From: a virus
Lineage: Duplodnaviria; Caudoviricetes
DNA length: 28,405 nucleotides
Virus record (IMG/VR): IMGVR_UViG_3300025751_000105
Location: 1-28,405 of that record
Reading direction: 5' to 3' (one strand)
The notes beneath the pieces are model-generated. The model saw only the letters and a list, made by a program, of their open reading frames with translations, ran no database searches and had not been told where the DNA came from. Positions within the stretch are counted from its first letter, which is position 1, and each line of letters opens with the position of its first letter. A program made the translations under genes and the position numbers. Of the stretch, positions 9,139-17,157 are shown piece by piece.

Positions 9139-9648
9139 ATGGAAACACCACAGAAAATGGTTGCCCAGGTTCTAGCAAAGGGCAACATCAACCAGACATC
9201 TCTCGCCAAGCTTCTTGGCGTGACCCAGGGAGCCGTGAACCACTGGCTCACCGGAGCAAACAATCCCTCCCGGACCAATATGGAGGCCCTTAAACGGCTC
9301 CTGAGGATTTTTGAGGTGAAGGACAAGGCAATTCAATCCGGAGTCTTTAATGGCGCCTCTAAACGCCCCGCAGGCGATTCCATTGCCATCCAGGCTCATC
9401 GAATCGTGAATGAGCGCGCCGAGGAGAAGGAACGCCAGTACGGGGATTTCCACACGACCATGCGACGTGCGAACGACATCCTCAATGCCATCATGAATAC
9501 CAAGCTGCCCGAGCAGACCATGTACTTCGCGATGGTGGCTATGAAATTGGCTCGCGAGGGACACGCCCACAAGTCCGACAATTTGCTTGACGCCATGGCC
9601 TATATGCAGGCCCTCGAAAATCTTGAAAATGTGGTTGTCAGCGAATAA
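9139..9648 (+). CDS. Cro/C1 (XRE) HTH fused to a DUF6378-like all-alpha domain
   Basis: N-terminal NQTSLAKLLGVTQGAVNHWLTG is a canonical XRE HTH. The C-terminal part has AHRIVNER..QYGD...MVAMKLARE...DNLLDAMAY. Confidence 0.75.
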   Translation: METPQKMVAQVLAKGNINQTSLAKLLGVTQGAVNHWLTGANNPSRTNMEALKRLLRIFEVKDKAIQSGVFNGASKRPAGDSIAIQAHRIVNERAEEKERQYGDFHTTMRRANDILNAIMNTKLPEQTMYFAMVAMKLAREGHAHKSDNLLDAMAYMQALENLENVVVSE

Positions 9649-10348
9649 CCCACCGGAGGCCTTCCGCCAGGCTTATCGCCTGGTCACCGACAACGGTGAA
9701 CCGAACGAGGACACCCTGCGATTCACGGGCGTCGTCATTGAGGTCAGAAACCCGCTCGATTTCGAGGCGGGTCTCTGGCCCATTTGGCGCAAGTGGTCAC
9801 AGCGGTATGTGGACCTCGAATGGAAGTGGTACGAGGCTGCAACACGTGACCCTGAGATGGTCGAGAAGGTCGCTTCAATCTGGACCAAAATGAAGGACCA
9901 GTTTGGCGAGGTGAATAGCAACTACGGGTGGCAGATGAAACGGGAAAACCAGTGGGCCACATGTGTCCGCGAAATCGTTGAATCCATGCTGACCGGAAAG
10001 GGCACGAGAAAACACGTCCTTTCAATCTACGACGGCAAAGAGCGGTGGCGCTACACGAAGGACACACCGTGCACGATTTCCTTCACCTTCGTTTTGAAGC
10101 GTGAGGGCAAGACGAAATTCAGGCTTGACCTGCACACGCACATGAGGTCAAACGACGTTTGGTACGGCCTCTGCAACGACCTCCCGGCCTTTGCCCTGTT
10201 TCAGTCCAAAATGGTGACCGACGTTCAGACCAAACTGCATGACATATGCAAGGGCGCTCCAACACCATACCGTGTCCGCATGGGCCGCCTGGTTCACTTT
10301 GTGGACGACCTCCATTTGTACAACGATTTCCTAGACAGAGACGAATGA
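9629..10348 (+). CDS. Thymidylate synthase homologue, T4 gp42-like dCMP hydroxymethylase type
   Basis: LEWKWY, IW...GEVNSNYGW, catalytic PCT, MRSNDVWYGLCND with Asp at the specificity position, and LHLY. Confidence 0.8.
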   Translation: MWLSANNPPEAFRQAYRLVTDNGEPNEDTLRFTGVVIEVRNPLDFEAGLWPIWRKWSQRYVDLEWKWYEAATRDPEMVEKVASIWTKMKDQFGEVNSNYGWQMKRENQWATCVREIVESMLTGKGTRKHVLSIYDGKERWRYTKDTPCTISFTFVLKREGKTKFRLDLHTHMRSNDVWYGLCNDLPAFALFQSKMVTDVQTKLHDICKGAPTPYRVRMGRLVHFVDDLHLYNDFLDRDE

Positions 10349-10743
10349 AAAATTTTGAGACTCTCCTGAAGATTCAGGACACAATTCAACGAGACCATCA
10401 GGGTATGGATTCACAATCCATGACGATGGCAGAACGAGCTGACGAAATGATGCGCCAGCAGCAGTACCTACTTGACGAAATCACGGAGCTCATGACCGCA
10501 CTCGGTGGACCGTTCGGAAAGGCTTCCTGGAAAAAGTGGAAGGCTGACCACGAAACAGTCAAAGACCTGTACGTTGAGGACCTCGATTCTGACGAGTGGA
10601 AAGAGGTGGTTTTTGAGTCTGCCGACGTGCTCATTTTCGTGCTCAACATTTTGGCCCTTGCTGGCGTTACTGGCGAGGAAGTTTTGCAAGCTGTGGAGGA
10701 CAAGCAAAACGAGAACATTGAACGCTGGAAAAGTGGATATTGA
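10345..10743 (+). CDS. All-alpha dCTP/dUTP pyrophosphatase (T4 gp56-like, MazG superfamily)
   Basis: DEITELMTALG, WKKWKA, EVVFESADVLIFVLN and KQNENIERWKSGY parallel T4 gp56 motifs as I recall them. Confidence 0.8.
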   Translation: MKNFETLLKIQDTIQRDHQGMDSQSMTMAERADEMMRQQQYLLDEITELMTALGGPFGKASWKKWKADHETVKDLYVEDLDSDEWKEVVFESADVLIFVLNILALAGVTGEEVLQAVEDKQNENIERWKSGY

Positions 10744-11417
10744 TGGTCGCCAAAAAACGAGCAGCTCTGTGCAGCCCTCCGCATCATTTTGTCGTTCTCT
10801 ACAAGGGCAAAAAGGTGTGGGGGCCGCACACCCCTTACGCATGCATGAACTGGTACCACACAAAAGACCCAAGGCCCATGCATGACCAGAGCGATTTCAG
10901 CATTGTTCAGAGGCCTCTTTTGAAGGCCTCAGTGCATTTGCCTATCAAGGATGAAACCGTGCTGACCACGGCCGCCAGAATGAGCCACGTGAACCCACTG
11001 TACGGCGAGATGGAGTACATGAACAAGTGCTTCAGGAATCCAGAGAACGACGAGCAAAAAAGCATGGCGTCCAGATTTGCCGGGGTCATGGCCGAATTAC
11101 AGGTTTGCGAGTCCATGCACGGGGTCTTCACGGACAGCTACAAATCCGCCAGTCCGGACAAGGGTTGGGACATGGAAATTCACGACCTGAAAGTTGACGT
11201 GAAAACGTCGTTCTGGTACAAGGACTCGTGGACCATCAAGAAGGAAAAATACGAGAGTGACATTTTGCTTTTCACCAATGTCCAGCTGGCTCCATTTCGC
11301 CAGGTTACGCTGCGCGGTTTTCTTGAGCCTCGAGAGCTGGTTTACTGTGACCGAATCAAGAACATGTGGCGTGTGACTTCATCAAAAATTCGACCGCTCA
11401 AAGACATGACAATTTGA
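10743..11417 (+). CDS. Putative PD-(D/E)XK (restriction-endonuclease-like) nuclease
   Basis: GVMAELQV...DKGWDME...VDVKTS fits the E...D...(D/E)xK pattern. TGATG coupling to the pyrophosphatase gene. Confidence 0.55.
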   Translation: MVAKKRAALCSPPHHFVVLYKGKKVWGPHTPYACMNWYHTKDPRPMHDQSDFSIVQRPLLKASVHLPIKDETVLTTAARMSHVNPLYGEMEYMNKCFRNPENDEQKSMASRFAGVMAELQVCESMHGVFTDSYKSASPDKGWDMEIHDLKVDVKTSFWYKDSWTIKKEKYESDILLFTNVQLAPFRQVTLRGFLEPRELVYCDRIKNMWRVTSSKIRPLKDMTI

Positions 11418-11457
11418 GTCCAACGAACGAGGCAACCTAGGAAAGCTCGCGGGCGCG

Positions 11458-11466
11458 TAGTTTTGC
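11458..11466 (+). promoter_or_regulatory. Possible -7 box upstream of portal
   Basis: TAGTTTTGC matches TAnnTTTG in the short intergenic gap, but it is very close to the ATG. Confidence 0.35.
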
Positions 11467-11473
11467 AAAGAAC

Positions 11474-12691
11474 ATGAGTATCTTCACCCGCATTTTTGGA
11501 GGCAACAAAGAGGAGCGTTCATCGAGCGTCAACCCCGCTTTGTACTTCAACGCGGGAGGTGCGAATACCCGCGCCGGTTCCAACATCACTCCGAACGAAT
11601 CTCTCAAGCTTGGCACAGTCTACGCTTGCGTTTCCAAAATCGCTCAAACCGTAGCGGCTTTGGACCGTTCTGTTTTCAAGGAAAACAAGCAAGGTCGTTC
11701 GGTCGTTGAGCACCCCGTTTCGTACCTCCTTTCCAACTACGCGGACAGGCACACCTCGTCCTTTGATTTCTGGGAAAAAATCGTTTCAGATTCCTTGCTG
11801 TATGGCAAGGGATATGCGTACATCGAAAGGAGCGGAACGAGGCCCACGGCTTTGGTCTGGTTGCCTGCCCAAAACGTCGAAGAAATGGACGCCCCGCAGG
11901 GAGCGACCGTGTACCAGTTTTCGCCGGAAAAAACAGGCCGCGTTGATGCAACGAATTTCAACTTCCTAGAGCAAGAGGTTCTTGTCGTTTCGGCGTTCCG
12001 TGGGATTAGCCCGATTGAGTACCACCGGGAGTCTCTTGGACTGTCAAAGGCGGCCCTTGAATTTGGGGCCAGTTTCTTTGGTTCTGGAGGCAATTTGAGT
12101 GGTGTCTTGTCTGTCGACAAGACTCTCACAGATGAGCAGTTCATGGCGCTCCAAAACGCTTGGCAGAACAAGTACCACGGCAAGAGCGGTCAGCACGCGA
12201 CCGCAATCCTTGAACACGGCATCAAATACGAAAGAATCGGAATCCCACCGGACGATGCTCAGTTCATTGAAACAAGGAAGATGCAAGCCTCAGAAATCGC
12301 ACGGATTTTCAACGTCCCTGCATCACTGGTCGGGCTTGAGGCGAACGTTTCATTCAGCAACGTTGAGCAGCAAAATATCTTCTTCGCATCGTACACCATT
12401 GCGCCACTCGTGAAGCGCATTGAAAACGAGCTGAACAACAAACTTTTCACAGAGCGAGAACGCAAGAGCATGAGTGTTGAATTTGACATGAGCTCTCTCC
12501 TCCGTGCGGACGCGGAGACGCGTTCAAATTACTATTCCACCATGCTCCGCGATGGCGTCATGACCATCAACGAGGTTCGCAAGATTGAGGGACTCAATCC
12601 GACCGAAAATGGTGACACCCATTTCGTTCCACTCAACGTCATTCCGCTCGGTAAAATGGACGGCTATGGCGACAAAATTTCGACTCCGTAA
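11474..12691 (+). CDS. Portal protein, HK97 family
   Basis: VYACVSKIAQTVA, LLYGKGYAYI, GISPI, DAQFIETRK, EIARIFNVP, SNVEQQ and GVMTINEVR. Confidence 0.96.
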   Translation: MSIFTRIFGGNKEERSSSVNPALYFNAGGANTRAGSNITPNESLKLGTVYACVSKIAQTVAALDRSVFKENKQGRSVVEHPVSYLLSNYADRHTSSFDFWEKIVSDSLLYGKGYAYIERSGTRPTALVWLPAQNVEEMDAPQGATVYQFSPEKTGRVDATNFNFLEQEVLVVSAFRGISPIEYHRESLGLSKAALEFGASFFGSGGNLSGVLSVDKTLTDEQFMALQNAWQNKYHGKSGQHATAILEHGIKYERIGIPPDDAQFIETRKMQASEIARIFNVPASLVGLEANVSFSNVEQQNIFFASYTIAPLVKRIENELNNKLFTERERKSMSVEFDMSSLLRADAETRSNYYSTMLRDGVMTINEVRKIEGLNPTENGDTHFVPLNVIPLGKMDGYGDKISTP

Positions 12692-12693
12692 CC

Positions 12694-13098
12694 ATGGCCG
12701 ATTACTACTATATCTTGAAGGTTATTGACTGCCGCGGGAAAAGCGACCCAGGCAAGAACCCAGCGAGGAGAGCACGCACTAAAAACACAAAGAACTCAAG
12801 TGGCAATTGGGTGCTTCGTTTTTCAGACCTCAACAGCACTGCGGCTTCGTCAAAAGTTCGATTCCTGGGCGAGGTTCAGGACCAGCTGTCACGAGCTCCC
12901 GGAATGGTCAAATATCTTGACCTGAACGCCCTTCTTGCAGCATTGACGAATTCGGCTACAACGACAAACGATGGGGTCACCACCGTGGGGCCATGGAGCC
13001 AACGTATTGGCAAGCGGTTTTTGCGCTACGAAATTGGCGTTTCGACTAGCAGCTATGGAAACGCAGAGGTGAACTGTACTGCCCACGACCTGGAATGA
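12694..13098 (+). CDS. Hypothetical protein between portal and protease
   Basis: 134-aa ORF tightly coupled on both sides. Confidence 0.65.
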   Translation: MADYYYILKVIDCRGKSDPGKNPARRARTKNTKNSSGNWVLRFSDLNSTAASSKVRFLGEVQDQLSRAPGMVKYLDLNALLAALTNSATTTNDGVTTVGPWSQRIGKRFLRYEIGVSTSSYGNAEVNCTAHDLE

Positions 13099-14414
13099 GT
13101 TTTTCGGACTATCCACAGAGCGCAACAAACGCGGCAAAACGCGCGTTGAAATTCAAGGAGGAAAACGGTACTTCTTGCGGCACCCCTGTGGGGTGGCAGC
13201 GAGCAAACCAGTTGGCCTCCCGAGAAGCTCTGTCGTTGTCCACCGTGAAGCGAACTTTCAGCTTCCTTTCACGAGCCGAAGTGTACGACCAGGGACGATT
13301 CACCGATGATGACGGCAAGGAAATTTGCGGGTCAATCATGTACGCCGCATGGGGTGGAAAAGCCATGCGCGGTTGGTGCAACAAAATCATCCGAGAAGAG
13401 GAGGAGCGGAACGAGCTCAACGAGCAGGCAAAAACCTCTCTCAAAAAGAAGGTCGAGGAACACAACGAAGAGTTTGGAGACAATCCCAAAAAGCGGGCCA
13501 CTCTGGCCATGCTTTCGGCGGTTTACAAAAGGGGCATCGGAGCGTACAAGGGAAACCCCTCTTCTGTGCGTCCTTCGGTCAAGTCCCCGGAGCAGTGGGC
13601 ATTTGCCCGAGTGAATTCATTTTTGTACGCCCTCAGGAACGAGCGTTTCCGTGGTGGAAAACACGACACAGACCTCTTCCCCAAGGGCCACAAACTTTCA
13701 AGCAGAAGCATGGACGAAAACAAAGAAATCCGAGTGACTACCGGGCTAGAGGTCCGGTACATGAATCAAGAGGACGAAGAGAAGCGCACGCTGTCTGGTT
13801 ACGCAATCAAATTCAACGACGTCACGACGATTGGCGACCAGTTCCGCGAGCAAGTCACTTCGACCGCTCTGGAAGGCGTTGACATGAGCAACACGTTTGC
13901 CTTGTTCAACCACGACTGGTCAAGCCCTCTCGGGCGTGCTGGTCGCAACATGAATCTGACCGTGGACGACACTGGTTTGCGAGTTGACATTGACCTGCCC
14001 AATACGAGCATGGCGCGTGACCTCGCAGAGCTTGTCAAAAACGACATCGTGGGTGGCATGAGCTTCGGCTTCACCATCGCCGATGATTCATGGACACGAG
14101 ACGACGAAATGCCCCTCAGGACCATCAACAAAATTGACCGTCTGTACGAGGTGACGTTTACGCCCATTCCAGCCTATCCGACCACGGAAGTGGCCTTGCG
14201 CAATCTTGAGCAAGCCACAGCCGAAGACGATACCAACGACATTCTCCAGGAGCTGCATGGAGACCACACAGAGGCTCAAACCTCTCCCCCTAGCCCAGAA
14301 CAAGGGCCAGGCACCCCGGAGCCAAATATGGCGCCCCAAAACGCTCCAGAGGATAAACCCCTCGCCTTCACCAAGGTTGACGCCCTCAAATTCTTGTTGG
14401 ACAACCAGGAATGA
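13095..14414 (+). CDS. HK97-family prohead protease with ~205-aa N-terminal extension
   Basis: LSGYAIKFN, ALFNHD, GMSFGF and LYEVTFTPIPAY. The protease domain begins near the in-frame ATG at 13710. Confidence 0.9.
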   Translation: MSFSDYPQSATNAAKRALKFKEENGTSCGTPVGWQRANQLASREALSLSTVKRTFSFLSRAEVYDQGRFTDDDGKEICGSIMYAAWGGKAMRGWCNKIIREEEERNELNEQAKTSLKKKVEEHNEEFGDNPKKRATLAMLSAVYKRGIGAYKGNPSSVRPSVKSPEQWAFARVNSFLYALRNERFRGGKHDTDLFPKGHKLSSRSMDENKEIRVTTGLEVRYMNQEDEEKRTLSGYAIKFNDVTTIGDQFREQVTSTALEGVDMSNTFALFNHDWSSPLGRAGRNMNLTVDDTGLRVDIDLPNTSMARDLAELVKNDIVGGMSFGFTIADDSWTRDDEMPLRTINKIDRLYEVTFTPIPAYPTTEVALRNLEQATAEDDTNDILQELHGDHTEAQTSPPSPEQGPGTPEPNMAPQNAPEDKPLAFTKVDALKFLLDNQE

Positions 14415-14452
14415 AATGCGAGATTTTCGAACCTTTCAAAATCCCCTGAATC

Positions 14453-15655
14453 ATGAATTCAATTGAATTGATGGACAAGCGGAATGCAGCGCTCGAAGAG
14501 CTTCGCGGTTTGGTTAACCTGAACGGCGAAGAGTTTACCCCCGAGCAAAGCATCGAAGCACAGGAATTGCGCGACCAAATTTCTTCCCTGGACGCGAAGA
14601 TTTCTGACCAAAAAATCAAAGAGGAAGAAACCCGTTCCAACCCCACCCCTCAACCCCGAAACGAGATGAAAGACATTCAAGCTCGCTACTCTCTGGGAAA
14701 GGCGGTCAAGGAGCTCGCTACTGGTGGGCAGTTGACTGGCCTGGAAGCAGAGATGCACCAAGAGGCCCGAAACGAGGCCGCAGCCCTTGGCATCAACAAC
14801 ACAGGAAACCTTTCTGTGCCCTCGATGCTTTTCCGTGAAAACACCGTGAACTCTGGCACGAACCAGACGGTTACCGCGACCTCTGGTCAGATGGTTCCTG
14901 AAATTGTGAACCAGCTCCGTCCGGACTCCGTTGTGGACAAGCTCGGTGCAACCGTTTTCCAGGCTTCTGGTTCTGTTGTGATTCCCGTTCAGACAGACCA
15001 CATCGACGCAGGAAACACGACTGAAGCTGCTGACGTGACCGCTTCGGATTTCGACATCGTGAACAAGACCCTCGTGCCTGAGCGTGTGTCTGCCATGAAC
15101 GAGTACAGCATGCAGCTCCTCGCTCAAAACGTGAACGCCATTGATGCGTTTGTGGTTCGCGACATCAACCGCGAAATGGGCATCGGAATTGATGACAAAA
15201 TCATCACGAAGCTCCAGTCCGGTTTGACCGCAGATGCAACGAGCGCAGCTGAATTCGACATGGCTGATTTGCCCGCCCTCTGCGAAGAGGATTTGTTGGC
15301 CGCAAACGCGAGCGTGGAAGGTGCGAAATTCTTGCTCCACCCATCCGTTTTGCGTCGTTTGAAGCGTCTTTCTTTGGACGCTGGTTCTGGCCGCATGGCA
15401 GCTGAAGGAAACACCATCTACGGTTACCAGGCAATCGCCACGACCACCGAGATGACCGCGACTGAAATCCTCTTCGGAGATTTCACCGATTTGGCAGTGG
15501 CATACTGGGGCGGAATCGACGTCCTCGTTGACCCATACACGCGCGGCCACGCTGGTCTCGTTCGCGTCATCGCGAATGCCCACTGTGACGCAGCCGTTCG
15601 CCGCGCCGGTTCCTTCTCTTTCCGCACTGTATTGAACAACGCTTCGAACTACTAA
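14453..15655 (+). CDS. Major capsid protein, HK97 fold
   Basis: Position after the protease, a coiled-coil N-terminal delta-like domain, and ILFGDF...WGGIDVLVDPYT. Confidence 0.93.
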   Translation: MNSIELMDKRNAALEELRGLVNLNGEEFTPEQSIEAQELRDQISSLDAKISDQKIKEEETRSNPTPQPRNEMKDIQARYSLGKAVKELATGGQLTGLEAEMHQEARNEAAALGINNTGNLSVPSMLFRENTVNSGTNQTVTATSGQMVPEIVNQLRPDSVVDKLGATVFQASGSVVIPVQTDHIDAGNTTEAADVTASDFDIVNKTLVPERVSAMNEYSMQLLAQNVNAIDAFVVRDINREMGIGIDDKIITKLQSGLTADATSAAEFDMADLPALCEEDLLAANASVEGAKFLLHPSVLRRLKRLSLDAGSGRMAAEGNTIYGYQAIATTTEMTATEILFGDFTDLAVAYWGGIDVLVDPYTRGHAGLVRVIANAHCDAAVRRAGSFSFRTVLNNASNY

Positions 15656-15678
15656 TTCGAAGGCGATTTGAAAACCTG

Positions 15679-15716
15679 AAAGGCCCTGACCCGAAAGGGT
15701 TGGGGCCTTTTGTTTT
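15679..15716 (+). terminator. Intrinsic terminator after capsid gene
   Basis: AAAGGCCCTGACCC-GAAA-GGGTTGGGGCCTTT followed by TGTTTT. Confidence 0.85.
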
Positions 15717-15728
15717 AACCTCAAAACC

Positions 15729-16340
15729 ATGAGACAAACCATCAAAGAAACCGTGACTCCGGTTGACATCGTTTCGGTCCTCACAACCGGAGTGATTGAG
15801 AGTCATCTACGCGTGACATACAGTGCCGATTCATCGTACCTTGATGGTCTCGCAAAAGCCGCCCTGGCGGCGGTCGAAAAAGAGGTGAACGAAACCTTCG
15901 GACAGGTTGCGGTTTCGGGAGACAATTCCGAGTATGTGAACGAGTTCACGGTCCCCTATGAGGCGAGCCGAATTCGAGGCGTTGTGGTGGTCAATTACTA
16001 CGACGAAACGGATGCAAACATTCCCATCGATACGGTGAACGTTGTTCAATCCACTCAGGGGTACCCCGCGGTCATTCAAATCAACCCAGATTTCAAGCCA
16101 ACGGGAATCACGAAAAAGCGACCATACCACCAGACATTCAGCTTCACGATTGACCCTAAACCATTGCCCGAAGGGTTGAAGCAGGCGGTGCTCATGATGA
16201 TGGCCCACTTCTACGAAAACAGGGAGGCTGTTTTGACCGGCCGAGTTGTCGAGCCGCCACTCGCTTTCAGGTTCCTCTGCGCGCAGTACAAGCGACCAGC
16301 TTTGCGCCAGCCGTACAACCCTGAATTCATCGTGCGATGA
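15729..16340 (+). CDS. Head-tail connector (gp6-like)
   Basis: HLRV..D..YL and LKQAVLMMMAHFYENRE. Confidence 0.9.
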   Translation: MRQTIKETVTPVDIVSVLTTGVIESHLRVTYSADSSYLDGLAKAALAAVEKEVNETFGQVAVSGDNSEYVNEFTVPYEASRIRGVVVVNYYDETDANIPIDTVNVVQSTQGYPAVIQINPDFKPTGITKKRPYHQTFSFTIDPKPLPEGLKQAVLMMMAHFYENREAVLTGRVVEPPLAFRFLCAQYKRPALRQPYNPEFIVR

Positions 16341-16678
16341 TTGGCGCAGGAAAGCTCGACCGATTCGTGACCATTCGGGACGTCCTTGGGACTCAGGATG
16401 CGTTCGGCCAACCAGTCGAATCTTACCGCGACCTCGCGACCGTTCCGTGCCAAAAAGAGGACATCCTTTCGACCTCTTCAATGGAGGTCGAGGAAGCTGC
16501 CCAGGAGCAGACCAAAACCATCTCGAAATTCACCATCCGATACTACCCCGGATTGGAGGGCAAAATGCGCCTTCTGTTCGAGGGTGAGACGTACGAAATC
16601 GTGCGAGTTGCAGAGCGTGGCCGGAAGCGTTACACAATCATCTTGGCGTACGCCTTGAGCTCAGACGTTTTGAACTGA
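16337..16678 (+). CDS. Head closure/head-tail adaptor (SPP1 gp16-like)
   Basis: GKLDRFVTI, QDAFG, FTIRY and MRLLFEGETYEI. Confidence 0.9.
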   Translation: MIGAGKLDRFVTIRDVLGTQDAFGQPVESYRDLATVPCQKEDILSTSSMEVEEAAQEQTKTISKFTIRYYPGLEGKMRLLFEGETYEIVRVAERGRKRYTIILAYALSSDVLN

Positions 16679-17157
16679 TGGCGAAGGCGGTTGAAATGAA
16701 ACTGACGGGCCTTCTGAAGGCGAAGGAACTGGTCAACATGCGTGGTGGTTATCGGGCCAAGCGTCGCGAGCTCAATCGTGAGATGCGAAGAGCAATGAGA
16801 CCGGCCTACAACCGGATGCGTGCAAGGGCTCCAAAAGGTCCGACCGGAGCGCTCAAGAAATCCATTGCAACGACCGCCTTCATGACCTTCGATTCCATCA
16901 ACGTTCGGACAGGCCCTCGCGTGCGTGGCCCGCGACGCGCGAGCTACGCGCATATCGTGGAACTCGGCTCGAAGGGCGGTGTTCGAGTGGTCAAAAAACC
17001 AGGTTCAAAGGGCTTCAGAATCGGACGCCGCAGGACCGACAAAATCAATCACCCAGGGACCAAGGGTGTGGGGTTCATCGAGTCGACCTACAACGACTCC
17101 ATCAACACTGTTGTGCCGCGAGCCATTGCGGCCATCAAAAAAGTATTTCGTGTCTAA
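16678..17157 (+). CDS. HK97 gp10-like tail component
   Basis: ARAP..TGALKKSI, YAHIVELG, HPGTK..GFI, and gene position. Confidence 0.85.
   Translation: MAKAVEMKLTGLLKAKELVNMRGGYRAKRRELNREMRRAMRPAYNRMRARAPKGPTGALKKSIATTAFMTFDSINVRTGPRVRGPRRASYAHIVELGSKGGVRVVKKPGSKGFRIGRRRTDKINHPGTKGVGFIESTYNDSINTVVPRAIAAIKKVFRV

Noticed and set aside
9139-9320. Lysogeny (CI/Cro) switch
   Set aside because: No divergent gene pair, integrase or S24 peptidase domain appears in the window.
9629-10348. Canonical thyA
   Set aside because: It has Asp instead of Asn at the specificity position, gp42-like motifs and an adjacent gp56-like gene.
14459-15784. 441-aa minus-strand ORF
   Set aside because: Antisense shadow of the capsid gene, with no motifs. 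The same applies to 24536-25636, 8342-9178 and 17677-18486.
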